Shown here piece after piece: positions 29,713 through 39,539 of a stretch of 64,000 bases of DNA (within the stretch, counting starts at the first letter, position 1; each line of letters opens with the position of its first letter). The stretch is taken from positions 31,717 through 95,716 of the IMG/VR virus record IMGVR_UViG_3300015370_000013. The stretch is one strand, 5' to 3'. Under the pieces are notes generated by a model, which had not been told where the DNA came from, ran no database searches, and saw only the letters and a list, made by a program, of their open reading frames with translations. The DNA comes from a virus. The position numbers were made by a program, and so were the translations under genes.

Positions 29713-30336
29713 ATGGACATTGAAACAGTCATGCAGCGAGTGAAGGCCAGTCAGACCGCAAACGACGGGATCAAAACTGCCGCCGCGACACAGCCAGCCT
29801 CCGCTGAGCTACACCGGGCGCTAGCTGACGCGCTCGCCGGGACTGACACAACCAAAACAGCGTCCGCCGCTGACGCCGCAAACGTGGGTGACGGGCTACT
29901 CAAGATCGCCAAAGAACTCGGCGACGCTGAAGATGCCCTGATGCAGAAGCAAGCGCAGATGTACGGTGCTGCTGTTGCCGACGGTTTCATGTCGCGGTAC
30001 GCACAGTACGAGGCTGCTGCACAGGATATCCCCGCGCCAAAGACCGCGGGATACGGGTATGCTGGAGACCCTACCGTGGACCAGATCAAGACCGCTGCTG
30101 CGTCCCCCGCGTTCACCAAGTTCGCCAACGAGAACCCTGAACTCACCAAGGAAGCCTTCGAGCTGGGGTACCAACGCACCTGGGGTGCCCTGGAGAAACA
30201 AGCGGCGGATGAGTACTATCAAGGCTACGACGAGACCATGCAGCAGATCCACAAGGTCGCTTCTACTTGCTACAAACACGGTGCCGTCACCATCAACAAC
30301 GTGATGTACGCGCTGCAGCAGCGAGCCAACGCATAA
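29713..30336 (+). CDS. Putative scaffolding/core protein
   Basis: Ala-rich helical; at least eight KxA motifs; tandem [FY]xxG helices. Confidence 0.6.
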   Translation: MDIETVMQRVKASQTANDGIKTAAATQPASAELHRALADALAGTDTTKTASAADAANVGDGLLKIAKELGDAEDALMQKQAQMYGAAVADGFMSRYAQYEAAAQDIPAPKTAGYGYAGDPTVDQIKTAAASPAFTKFANENPELTKEAFELGYQRTWGALEKQAADEYYQGYDETMQQIHKVASTCYKHGAVTINNVMYALQQRANA

Positions 30337-30338
30337 AC

Positions 30339-31013
30339 ATGGTCTACACCGACGACACATACGCTCTGTACGACGAACTCTTCCATGATGCCCATCAGGG
30401 GCTCATGAAGACCGCGGGGGTTGCACGCTGGTTGGGGGAAAAAGCACAGAACGTGTATCGGCGTGGGCATAGTATGTTCACAAACCCGAAGCGGATAGAG
30501 GGACTTCGGGCCAGCGAAGAGCAAGCTAGAGTAGCCGCTCAAAACGCTGCCTTTGAAGCACAAAACGCTCAACTCGGACAAACGCTCGCTGAAGGTGCCG
30601 CTAAACGTCAGGCAAAACAACATGCTGTAGAAAAAGCACAACAAGAAGCCGCACGGGCCGCACAAGCGACCAAACACACGAACGAACTCGCCCAACTCAA
30701 CGCCACACCGGGTGCCCTCACCGACGCTCAACGCTCCGCTCAAAACTGGCGAAGGTTCGGCACAGGTGCGGCGGTTGCTGGTGGTGTTGGTGTCCCTGCA
30801 GCGTACGCCATGGGAAACGCCTCAGGTAGTGAGGATGCGATCCGGACCCGCAACCTTGCGTTCGGTGCAGGTGCGGCAACAGGACTCGCAGCACCGCAAC
30901 TGGTGCGGGGTTTAGGCCACATAGCTCGGGGCGTAAGTAACATGAACCAGGGACTCTACCCCGAGTCGGGTTACTCCGACGCGTACGACCCGTACGCCGG
31001 GGGAGGTTACTAA
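30339..31013 (+). CDS. Putative virion protein (coiled coil plus Gly-rich hydrophobic segments)
   Basis: Short acidic N-terminus ending in KTAG. Confidence 0.6.
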   Translation: MVYTDDTYALYDELFHDAHQGLMKTAGVARWLGEKAQNVYRRGHSMFTNPKRIEGLRASEEQARVAAQNAAFEAQNAQLGQTLAEGAAKRQAKQHAVEKAQQEAARAAQATKHTNELAQLNATPGALTDAQRSAQNWRRFGTGAAVAGGVGVPAAYAMGNASGSEDAIRTRNLAFGAGAATGLAAPQLVRGLGHIARGVSNMNQGLYPESGYSDAYDPYAGGGY

Positions 31014-31243
31014 TGGCACGACACCCCTCTATCCAAGAGCTTTCCGAAGAAGTACTTCGTCACGTTGATGAAGAACAGCGGCAACAGAAAACAGCAAACG
31101 CTGCACCGGAAAGTGGAATGCGTACCAAAGTAGGCCGAGAGCTTCAGAAGCTTGCAGCTCACTGTCGCCAAGAAGCAGAACGACCCGTTGTTGTCACACT
31201 CGGTGACCTCAAAGGATTTATCGACAAATGCCAACGCCTATAA
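31013..31243 (+). CDS. Small hypothetical protein
   Basis: GGAGG RBS; KTA, KLA motifs. Confidence 0.6.
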   Translation: MARHPSIQELSEEVLRHVDEEQRQQKTANAAPESGMRTKVGRELQKLAAHCRQEAERPVVVTLGDLKGFIDKCQRL

Positions 31244-31392
31244 ATGGTGATCAGCTACGTAAACTTGCCACGATGTTGAGGCAAGCAGCGGATGACCGTG
31301 ACAGCCAGCACATTAGAAAATGCGCACAAGCTATCCGTGCTTCAGCGGGGCTAGATACTTTACGGCGTAAACTCACGCTTCTTTTGGTATAA
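31228..31392 (+). CDS. Small hypothetical protein (54 aa, not in the ORF track)
   Basis: MPTPINGDQLRKLA...; AAGGA RBS; fills the gap. Confidence 0.5.
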   Translation: MPTPINGDQLRKLATMLRQAADDRDSQHIRKCAQAIRASAGLDTLRRKLTLLLV

Positions 31393-31421
31393 GCAAGGGT
31401 CAACAACCCAAGAGGTGTAAG

Positions 31422-31805
31422 ATGTCTGATTTACTACGAAAAGTCGCCACCGTGCTGGACCATATGGCTTTGCGTCTCGACGCCGAAGACGATACTGCTA
31501 CACAGCAGAAAACCGCCGCACAACACGCTGTCGCTAAAGATTGGCAAGACCGTCTCGCACAGCTGACCGGCAACGATATCCCCGAAAATGCTGTACAAAA
31601 ACTCGCCGCACTTGACGACGGGGACATAAATGCGCTACTTAAACAGTTAACCGAGAAGGTGGCGGGATTGAATGAAGCACCTGACGATTTGGGACATATA
31701 GATGACACACAGGGTGTCACAACCCCACTCGAAGGGCGCACACGTGTGAAACAAGCCGCTGCTGAAGCAGATAGTGCTTTTCTTCAGTGGATTATGAATT
31801 CCTAA
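31422..31805 (+). CDS. Putative scaffold protein
   Basis: Helical; KVA, KTA, KLA, KQA; directly upstream of the capsid genes. Confidence 0.55.
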   Translation: MSDLLRKVATVLDHMALRLDAEDDTATQQKTAAQHAVAKDWQDRLAQLTGNDIPENAVQKLAALDDGDINALLKQLTEKVAGLNEAPDDLGHIDDTQGVTTPLEGRTRVKQAAAEADSAFLQWIMNS

Positions 31806-31839
31806 AGGACTATCCTGATAGTGAACAAGGAGACAGCGC

Positions 31840-32286
31840 ATGGCACTATTAAATTCCAAATTTGACGTTAAACGTGGATACCCCAACGGTTCGGCAGTTC
31901 ACTGGGATTTCACTGTCAAATCGACAGGCGGCACATACGAAGCGATTGCCGGTGGCAAGATCGTAACGGTCCAAGCAGCCAGTGGTCTACCCGTAGTGAC
32001 CCTGGCTACAACGCCCAACACTTCAATCGCCGACGAGATCGACGTCTACCTGGTCATCGAGGGGAACGACGACTTCTCCGGTACGTTCGTACAGAAGGTG
32101 TCTGTGCTGCGTTTCGGTAGCGGTTTCATCTTCACCACCGCTGACTACGCCGCTGGGTCCTACGCCATCGGTACCAAGGTGTCCTTCTCTGCGGGCCAAA
32201 TCAAAGTGAAAGCAGCCAACGAGCAGATCATCGGTTCCGTCATTGAAGTTGACGCGACGAACAGCACCATCACCATCGCTTGTTAA
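31840..32286 (+). CDS. Putative capsid decoration/cement protein
   Basis: 148-aa beta-rich protein directly before the major capsid gene; strong RBS and codon bias. Confidence 0.6.
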   Translation: MALLNSKFDVKRGYPNGSAVHWDFTVKSTGGTYEAIAGGKIVTVQAASGLPVVTLATTPNTSIADEIDVYLVIEGNDDFSGTFVQKVSVLRFGSGFIFTTADYAAGSYAIGTKVSFSAGQIKVKAANEQIIGSVIEVDATNSTITIAC

Positions 32287-32329
32287 GAAGTACGAATAAT
32301 ACGTTCACTCAGCTGAACTGGAGGAGCTA

Positions 32330-33244
32330 ATGGATCAACGATATAAAACAGAAACTCAGGAGGTATCGGCTCAGCTGATTAACTCCAACTTTCTGCGCAA
32401 GCTGGAAGATGGTCGGACCAAAGAAGCCCAAGATGAGGGGTCCGCATTCATCCGTACGAAGGTGCGGCAAGAGGCGTTCTCTCGTGAAATCATCCACCCC
32501 ATCACTCTGGAAGACGACGAGATTGATCGGGATGAAGACACAGACCAGCCCAAGAAGATCGTGGAGAAGGAGCCGGATAGTTTGGCTACTTTCGTCACGT
32601 TCCAGGGCACCGGCCCCCGAACCTGGTTCCGCGGCAAGCGTTTCGCGGTGAAGTTCGGCAAGACTGAGTCCCAGCGCTTCACCAAGTCCAAGTTCGAACT
32701 GATGACCTACCAGAATGACATCCGGAAGATCCTCAGTGACAACGCTGTCAAGGATATGGCGGACGAAGAGGACAAGAAGTTCACTGAAACCATCGACGCC
32801 ATCATCGCGTTGAACCCGGCAGTACAGTTGACCGCATCCCCGGCCTTCAACTCCACCGCCTTCCGTAAAGGTTTCCAGGCAATGGTTGCCCGTCGGCAAC
32901 CCATCGGTAAGATTCTGCTCACCAAAGAGCTGTACTACGAGGCGCTGGACCTCCCCGCCACCTCCGTCGGCGATGCGATCGCCACACGCCATTACGACGA
33001 GGGCATCGAGTCGGAGGAAAAACTGTGGGGTATCCCCGCAGTGACCACGATGAAGGGTGACATCCTCAGCAACAAGAAAGCGTACATCTTCGCCCCCGAG
33101 AACTTCCTGGGCTGCTTCTTCCTGTTGCAGGACGCGACGCTGTACATCAAGCAAGAAGCGGACATCATCGAATTCTGGTGTTACGCAGCTCCGGGTCTTG
33201 GCATCGGCAACACCTTGGCCGCGCAGGTCCTGCAGTTCACGTAA
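32330..33244 (+). CDS. Major capsid protein (HK97-like fold inferred)
   Basis: 304 aa; GGAGGAG RBS; very strong C/G-ending codon bias; position after protease/scaffold and before neck genes. Confidence 0.75.
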   Translation: MDQRYKTETQEVSAQLINSNFLRKLEDGRTKEAQDEGSAFIRTKVRQEAFSREIIHPITLEDDEIDRDEDTDQPKKIVEKEPDSLATFVTFQGTGPRTWFRGKRFAVKFGKTESQRFTKSKFELMTYQNDIRKILSDNAVKDMADEEDKKFTETIDAIIALNPAVQLTASPAFNSTAFRKGFQAMVARRQPIGKILLTKELYYEALDLPATSVGDAIATRHYDEGIESEEKLWGIPAVTTMKGDILSNKKAYIFAPENFLGCFFLLQDATLYIKQEADIIEFWCYAAPGLGIGNTLAAQVLQFT

Positions 33245-33257
33245 GAGGTTTCGTTCG

Positions 33258-33611
33258 ATGCGTAAGGTCTGCCTAACATGGCGGGGCTCCGGTGCTCTAG
33301 AGGTTTACTCACTTCTAGATGACCAAGGGCGACCCCTACACTTTGAAGCACCCGGTGTAATGCGGGTAGTAACCGAAGACACCCTCGAAGACGCCACCCT
33401 ACTTCCTTTTTTAGCTAGCATGGACGTATGGTATATCTCCGAGGAAGTCCCGGTGCCGCCCCCACTTCCTCCTCCTCCTCCGCCTCCGCCTCCGCCTCCG
33501 CCTATTGAAGTTGTGACTGTGGAAAAGGTGGTAATGAAAGAAGCACCAGTGAAAGTAGTAGTGAAAGAGGTGGTGGAAGAAGTAATGAAGAAAGGTACGC
33601 GTAAAAAATAA
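33258..33611 (+). CDS. Hypothetical protein with polyproline tract
   Basis: ATG at 33258 after GAGG. Confidence 0.55.
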   Translation: MRKVCLTWRGSGALEVYSLLDDQGRPLHFEAPGVMRVVTEDTLEDATLLPFLASMDVWYISEEVPVPPPLPPPPPPPPPPPPIEVVTVEKVVMKEAPVKVVVKEVVEEVMKKGTRKK

Positions 33612-33684
33612 TCGCGTCCAAAGCGATCAATCAACACTGAGGCGCGTGCCGTTAATTCGACACGCGCCTTTTTACACCAGGATA

Positions 33685-34242
33685 ATGATGGGCATCACCA
33701 TTAAATGGCCTGCGGTCACCGGAACCATCGACCGTTACGTAATCCAACGCGCTCCCGACGTGTTAGATCTCCCAGGGACCTTTGCTGCCCTGGCCGAAGT
33801 ACCTCACGATTTATCCGGTCCGAACTACGACGCAACGACTGGGTTATTTTCGTACACAGATGTCACCGGCACATCTAAACTCTGGTACCGGATTCGCAGC
33901 AAGGACAACCTGGGTAACTACAGCCCGTGGACACCTTCGTTTCAACCACCTAACCTCCTGGTGTTTCCAAACCAAATCGCGTTGGACCACGACTACGGTA
34001 TTGCCGACGCGCTACGCTATCTTACAACCGGAGGGGATCCTGTTAGTGGAGCACAGATCCGTGTGTTCAAAAAAATCGACTACGACCAAGAGGATTGGGA
34101 TGCAGCCCTCGGCAAAAGCAGTACGGATACCAACGGGCGGTGGACAGATCCGATCTACGTTGAAGCCGGATACACTTACACGGTACAATACTTAAAACTG
34201 GGGGAGTACGGCCCCGACACTACCGAAATAACCGTACCCTAG
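33685..34242 (+). CDS. Putative structural protein (FN3/Ig-like)
   Basis: W..V...YRIRSKDNLGNYSPW pattern. Confidence 0.55.
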   Translation: MMGITIKWPAVTGTIDRYVIQRAPDVLDLPGTFAALAEVPHDLSGPNYDATTGLFSYTDVTGTSKLWYRIRSKDNLGNYSPWTPSFQPPNLLVFPNQIALDHDYGIADALRYLTTGGDPVSGAQIRVFKKIDYDQEDWDAALGKSSTDTNGRWTDPIYVEAGYTYTVQYLKLGEYGPDTTEITVP

Positions 34243-34251
34243 GAGCACCGC

Positions 34252-34725
34252 ATGGCTGACACGCTACAACCAAACATTACGCCGTACAGCATAATCCAGT
34301 GCGTGGAACAACGTATCGTAGCCGGAAGTGAGTTTGATGGTACGGCACCCAGACTTGCGACGGTAGCATTTGCACCTTTTTTTGATGACACCGACGGCAT
34401 TATACGCATGAAACAGAGCACCGTTCCTGCCAACGTCGAAGGGGACCAGGGTGGATTATTTACCTTCACCACGGATCGCCCGATGGTCATCACTAATATA
34501 CTCGGTAACTTGGGGAGTAGTATTGCCTGGACGCTCAGTCTGGTTACAGTACTCGGTACAGCTAAAGCTGCCCAAATCGACGGCGCTACAGGGCGGTATA
34601 TCAACCATCTCGCCAACCAACGATTCACATTATTCCCAGGAGAACAGGTTCAATTCACTACTACCGGCGCTTCTGCAGCTATGTGGTTACGTGTTTATTT
34701 CCGCACACAGCCGGAAAATCAATAA
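34252..34725 (+). CDS. Putative structural protein
   Basis: AGGAG RBS; beta-rich. Confidence 0.55.
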   Translation: MADTLQPNITPYSIIQCVEQRIVAGSEFDGTAPRLATVAFAPFFDDTDGIIRMKQSTVPANVEGDQGGLFTFTTDRPMVITNILGNLGSSIAWTLSLVTVLGTAKAAQIDGATGRYINHLANQRFTLFPGEQVQFTTTGASAAMWLRVYFRTQPENQ

Positions 34726-34747
34726 ACTCTTTACGGAGTAAAGAACG

Positions 34748-35245
34748 ATGACCGTCCCAGCCACCCCCGCAACGGCCCTACCCCTGGTCACAAGCGACCA
34801 GGTGCGTATGTTTATGCGTGATTACGCGCTGGGTAAACTCCCAGGGGGACAAGGCAACATCCTACTCGACGACGTTCAATTCACACCGGCTGAGGTGACC
34901 TTCGCGTTAGAGATGACCGCAGAAGCATACAACGCAGTCACACCCGTCAGCAGTATCACAGCAGCTCAATTCCCTAACAAATACGTCCTCCTCATCGGTG
35001 TTACACGTTTTCTAATGATGTCCGAAACGTTTCACCAGGTACGGAATCAAGTACAGGTACAAGACGGTAACATCGGTCCCACAGGGATCTACGAAAAAGG
35101 ACAAATTTACGGAGCCCTTGCCCAAGCGTTGCGTGCAGAGTGGGACATCCTGGTACGTGGTATCAAGACCCAACAGAATATGGAGAGCGCTTACGGCTTC
35201 TTCGGATCCGGCTACGGCAGCGGAAACGGGACATTTAACGCATGA
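34748..35245 (+). CDS. Putative head-tail adaptor (neck)
   Basis: Helical 165 aa, VRMFMRD...FTPAEV; position. Confidence 0.55.
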   Translation: MTVPATPATALPLVTSDQVRMFMRDYALGKLPGGQGNILLDDVQFTPAEVTFALEMTAEAYNAVTPVSSITAAQFPNKYVLLIGVTRFLMMSETFHQVRNQVQVQDGNIGPTGIYEKGQIYGALAQALRAEWDILVRGIKTQQNMESAYGFFGSGYGSGNGTFNA

Positions 35246-36066
35246 GCCTGAGTGTAGAAATAACCAACGTGGTGCCGTTGTTTCCGACACGGGTGTTTCT
35301 CCAGTGGAACATCTTAATACCCGAAGATGGGACCCACACAGTTAAGGTAGAGCGTAGTGGATCGAGTGGAGGTGCCTGGACGGTGCTCACTTCGGAAAGT
35401 GACCTGTTCTACTATATTGACGATCTGGGAGCGCAAACAGGCGGAGACCTAACCAAAGCAGCGTTGTTCTCTCTGCAGCGCCAAGTGTATTATCGCGTCA
35501 CGGTGACAGCGCCCTCAGGCGCTTCAGCAGTTAGCGCAGTACACGGACTTGTTCCCGACCTCCCCCCTGTACAAGCGGGCTTACGTCGACGTTTACAGTA
35601 CGACCAACAAATCCTTTGGCGTAGACTCAACGGTATGAAACTGGCGATACTGAAACGTAAACAATGGGGAGCGCGTTGCACAGTTTGTTTTGATCCGACA
35701 ACTCGCAGTGTCACACAGGAGCACTGTTCAACCTGTTTCGGTACATCATTCACAGGGGGATACCATACTCCGGTTATCACCTGGGGACGAATCGTCACTC
35801 CACAGAACGTCAACACCCAAACAACCGAACGCGACGTAAAAGAAACAGCCACTAAACGGATACACTTGATTGACGTTCCGCGGTTACAAGACAGTGATTT
35901 GATTGTTGAGATAGACACAAATGAGCGCTACATTGTACGTCTCCAGGAACAAACGGAGATACGCCGTAAACCCGTACACCAAGAACTTACAGTGTCTACT
36001 GTAGACCATCACTCCATTGAGTTCCGCGTCCTCGCGGACCTATCCTTTACACTGCCACTACTATGA
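35242..36066 (+). CDS. Putative neck/head-closure protein with zinc finger
   Basis: FN3-like N-terminus; CTVC...CSTCFGTSFTGGY. Confidence 0.55.
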   Translation: MSLSVEITNVVPLFPTRVFLQWNILIPEDGTHTVKVERSGSSGGAWTVLTSESDLFYYIDDLGAQTGGDLTKAALFSLQRQVYYRVTVTAPSGASAVSAVHGLVPDLPPVQAGLRRRLQYDQQILWRRLNGMKLAILKRKQWGARCTVCFDPTTRSVTQEHCSTCFGTSFTGGYHTPVITWGRIVTPQNVNTQTTERDVKETATKRIHLIDVPRLQDSDLIVEIDTNERYIVRLQEQTEIRRKPVHQELTVSTVDHHSIEFRVLADLSFTLPLL

Positions 36067-36773
36067 CACGTGACGTAGAAAGGCCCCGCGCTGCAGATCA
36101 ACCGAGTATGATCATCGACGGATCGCCCCTCGCGCTCATCGGTGTATTTGTCAGTATCCTGCGTGAACGCTACGCACCGGGTCAGGGTATCGTGAACTAC
36201 CCCTGGTACGCTGACATCACCAAGACCAAAATCACCATTGAGTCGGCGTTCGCGGATAGTGACGAACATCGTAATTTCAAACCGGCTATCTTCATAGATA
36301 AAGAAGAAACTATCTACGGGAAAGTAGTCATCGGTGACCGTGCGGGACGCAACATGTTCACTAGCCAAGACTTCTTTTGGTCACTAGCAACCGTCCCTAT
36401 CCTTATCGACTGTGTAGCAAGTAGGCGCGGAGAAAGTGCAAGTATTGGGGACGTCGTACAGTGGACGCTACACTCTGCTTCAGACATCATCCAAGGTGTC
36501 TTTGGTTTCCATAGTATGTCCCCTCCGCGGCTAGGAAAAACGATCCCCTACGAGGCTGACAAAAAAGCGTGGACATCACCCATCACATTCCAGGTACAGT
36601 ACAATGTACGGTGGGCTACAGTCCCCATAGCACCGTTGCTACAAGATATTGCCCTTCACATCACAGCAGGAGCAGGTACCAGTATACACTTCCAGACAGT
36701 GGCGACCGTCGCTTCTTCAGGACTGACGCAGTACGCAGGACAGACCATTGTCACACAAATTGATACAGAATAA
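36063..36773 (+). CDS. Putative tail terminator/completion protein
   Basis: PAIFI motif; directly upstream of the sheath gene. Confidence 0.5.
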   Translation: MTRDVERPRAADQPSMIIDGSPLALIGVFVSILRERYAPGQGIVNYPWYADITKTKITIESAFADSDEHRNFKPAIFIDKEETIYGKVVIGDRAGRNMFTSQDFFWSLATVPILIDCVASRRGESASIGDVVQWTLHSASDIIQGVFGFHSMSPPRLGKTIPYEADKKAWTSPITFQVQYNVRWATVPIAPLLQDIALHITAGAGTSIHFQTVATVASSGLTQYAGQTIVTQIDTE

Positions 36774-36778
36774 CCAAC

Positions 36779-36807
36779 TTGTAAATCTAAGGTGGCTCGC
36801 CTATAAT
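36779..36807 (+). promoter_or_regulatory. sigma70-like promoter
   Basis: TTGTAA-N17-TATAAT. Confidence 0.7.
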
Positions 36808-36842
36808 TTGAGCGTACCTGAGTCCTGTAACAGGAGAAATCG

Positions 36843-39536
36843 ATGGCCCGACCTGTCGTTTTAGTTTACCAAGAAACCGCAACAGTTACTGTAACCCCCA
36901 CAATCCCGGAGCTGAACTGCTGCGTGGTTGGCCCGGCGTACTGGATTCAGGACTACCTGGACGATAAGACCGCATGTAAAGTCACGTCAACTTACGGTAC
37001 CAAAAACACAGTGAACACCTACGTCCCACCACTGCTGAACACCACGGCGATCACCCTCACAGACGCACCGGGGAACACTGCAGGTGCTTACGTCGATTCG
37101 ACCAGCGTGAAGCTGTACTTCGACAACTGTAGGGTGCTTATTGCGCAGGATGTGGCTACAGGGGCTCTCGTCACGGAGACCACGCCCGACGCCATGCCCC
37201 ACAACAGGATCAGGTATGCTGCTTGCCCCGCACCCTTTAAGACCGCGATGGCGAGTGCTAAAGCAGGGGACTATGTCATCATTGACGATGAGTCTAGTGC
37301 ACTCCTCCCCATTGTCAAAACGATTCAGAGCGTCGACACCACCAACTTTTACATCTACTGCACAACCAACTTCGTAACGGGTCAAGGGCACGACGCCAAC
37401 ACGCAAATGCTCCGCGTCGAGCGCGAAGTCAACGACATCCTGGTAAGCAGCACCTTTCAGTCTGTCAGCGGCAACTCCATCCTCGTGTTGGGCGGTGCCA
37501 CTACCACGCTAACCGGTGAGAGTGTGGCCCGCACGATTCAGTACGCCGACGTTTACATTCAATACCGGTCGCTACGCACCGACCTCGCCGATGTCGGCAC
37601 CGTTTCTTCGGAGAGCGACGTCATCAAAACCATCTGTAACAGCTCCACCGACGTTATCGATGCACGAAACCCCTTGGCGGGTTGTTTGATGACAGCTCTC
37701 AAGAACACCACCACTCCCGTTCAATACTACGGTCTAAAGACCAACAACGCTGCGGGCCACACTCTTGCCCAAGAGGACCTGGAGGGACGCACAGACATCT
37801 ACGCCGTGGTACCCATCACGGAAGACCTCACAATCCTCAACACGTACGGCGCGCAGTTTAAATCGTTGGCCGACCCCGCCATCGCGGGTACCACCGGTAT
37901 TCCACAAAAGTGGCGCGTCGTCCTGGGAGCCTACGCACTACCCACCACCAAAATTGTTGCTGCACCGGACCTGGTAACTGCCAACTCCGCGTATATCGCA
38001 GGAAGGCACGGGTCCGTGAGCGGCGCTATCTCCGGTACGCCTATCACAACGGCGGACGTAATCGACGTCTTCGTTGATGCCTCCGCAACCTTCGTCACAG
38101 ACGGGGTTGCTGTTGGGGATATTCTAGTAATCACCAATGCGACGGGTGTTTCCAACACAAACGTAGGAAGTTACACCGTCGCCGCGGTATATGACGAGCA
38201 ACGTCTACGCATCGCCTCTGCTGTTCCTTTCCCCGTGGAATCGAAGGCTGTCGCCGCTACGTACTACTACATCATCCGAGGGACCGGAACGCCTGTCGCA
38301 AGTACTACATTTACCGCAGGTACATCCACACTCGGTAGCGTCTTCGGACTCAACGGCACCGTCACCATGACCCTGATCCCCGGCCTTGCAGCGTATGCCG
38401 GAAAGGTGCTCCGCATAACAGCCCCTGCAGGAAATGCCTACGATTGGCTCATTATATCTTGCACCGTAGCAACACCAGGTGTTGCTACCGTAGACCACGC
38501 CACCCAAGTTCTTGCTGCTGATGTTGTAGGCATCACAGCCGGCGCTATCTTCGACACCATCTCCTCCGGAATAAACAAAACAACCGCCCACCGTCGTCCC
38601 TTCCGCACCATCACAGAAGCCGCTGCGACGTACAGCACCAGTAAGGTGTTGGCCGGTGACTACCTCCAGGTGCCGAACCCCATCACCGGTACCTCGTTCA
38701 CTACTTCGTTCGCGCACAAGATCGCTTACGTCGCCAACGAGAACTTGTTGGTCATGGACACCAACGTAGACGTGGTGGCCACCCTCCCCTTGGCGGGGGA
38801 TGTGAACCTACGACACCGGGTTAGCCGCACCCTGTCCAAGGCCAACCAGGTCACTGAATTGGTGACTATCTCTCAGAGCGTTAAAAATCGCCGTATCGTT
38901 CTGGTATGGCCGAACTTGGCCACGGTCAGCGGACTGGTGGACGGATCCAAGACACGTACCGTTAGCAGCACACCTGAAGCAGCTAACGCACAGCCCGGCT
39001 ACTACCTCGCAGCTGTTGTGGGCGGGATGACAGCAGGTCTCCCGTCGCACCAGGGCTTCACCAACCTAAGCATCGCGGGGATCAGCGGCATCACCAACTC
39101 GACGCGCTACTTCAGCGATACACAGCTCACCACCATCTCGGATGGCGGGTGGTATGTGTTCGGGCAAACCAGCACCAGCTCGTTGCCCTTCTGTATTCAC
39201 CAGCTCACCACCGACCCCACAACCTTGGAGAGTGGCGAATACTCGGTCGTCAAGAACTTCGACTTCGTCTCGTACTTCTTCCAGGACATCCTGGATGAGT
39301 TCCTCGGGGACTACAACATTAACACCGACACCCTTGGTCTCCTACAACAGGCCCTGACTACCGGCATCGACGTCCTCAAGTTACGTAAAGCCGCCAAGAT
39401 CGGTGCTCCCTTGAACGACGCAGCCATCACCTCCTTGGCGCAACACGCCACCGTCCGTGACCGCGTCGAAGCGTACATGACCGTCAACCTACCGATCCCC
39501 TTGAACCGAATTGGACTGCACCTCGTCAGCAGCTAA
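36843..39536 (+). CDS. Contractile tail sheath protein
   Basis: MARPVVLVYQE N-terminus; C-terminal HQLTT...EYSVVKNFDF...PIPLNRI; inserted beta-rich domains. Confidence 0.82.
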   Translation: MARPVVLVYQETATVTVTPTIPELNCCVVGPAYWIQDYLDDKTACKVTSTYGTKNTVNTYVPPLLNTTAITLTDAPGNTAGAYVDSTSVKLYFDNCRVLIAQDVATGALVTETTPDAMPHNRIRYAACPAPFKTAMASAKAGDYVIIDDESSALLPIVKTIQSVDTTNFYIYCTTNFVTGQGHDANTQMLRVEREVNDILVSSTFQSVSGNSILVLGGATTTLTGESVARTIQYADVYIQYRSLRTDLADVGTVSSESDVIKTICNSSTDVIDARNPLAGCLMTALKNTTTPVQYYGLKTNNAAGHTLAQEDLEGRTDIYAVVPITEDLTILNTYGAQFKSLADPAIAGTTGIPQKWRVVLGAYALPTTKIVAAPDLVTANSAYIAGRHGSVSGAISGTPITTADVIDVFVDASATFVTDGVAVGDILVITNATGVSNTNVGSYTVAAVYDEQRLRIASAVPFPVESKAVAATYYYIIRGTGTPVASTTFTAGTSTLGSVFGLNGTVTMTLIPGLAAYAGKVLRITAPAGNAYDWLIISCTVATPGVATVDHATQVLAADVVGITAGAIFDTISSGINKTTAHRRPFRTITEAAATYSTSKVLAGDYLQVPNPITGTSFTTSFAHKIAYVANENLLVMDTNVDVVATLPLAGDVNLRHRVSRTLSKANQVTELVTISQSVKNRRIVLVWPNLATVSGLVDGSKTRTVSSTPEAANAQPGYYLAAVVGGMTAGLPSHQGFTNLSIAGISGITNSTRYFSDTQLTTISDGGWYVFGQTSTSSLPFCIHQLTTDPTTLESGEYSVVKNFDFVSYFFQDILDEFLGDYNINTDTLGLLQQALTTGIDVLKLRKAAKIGAPLNDAAITSLAQHATVRDRVEAYMTVNLPIPLNRIGLHLVSS

Positions 39537-39539
39537 GAG

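Noticed and set aside
32327-33154. Long antisense ORFs (also 16890, 20058, 29896, 44879 and others)
   Set aside because: Shadows of strongly codon-biased sense genes; no RBS or recognisable motifs.
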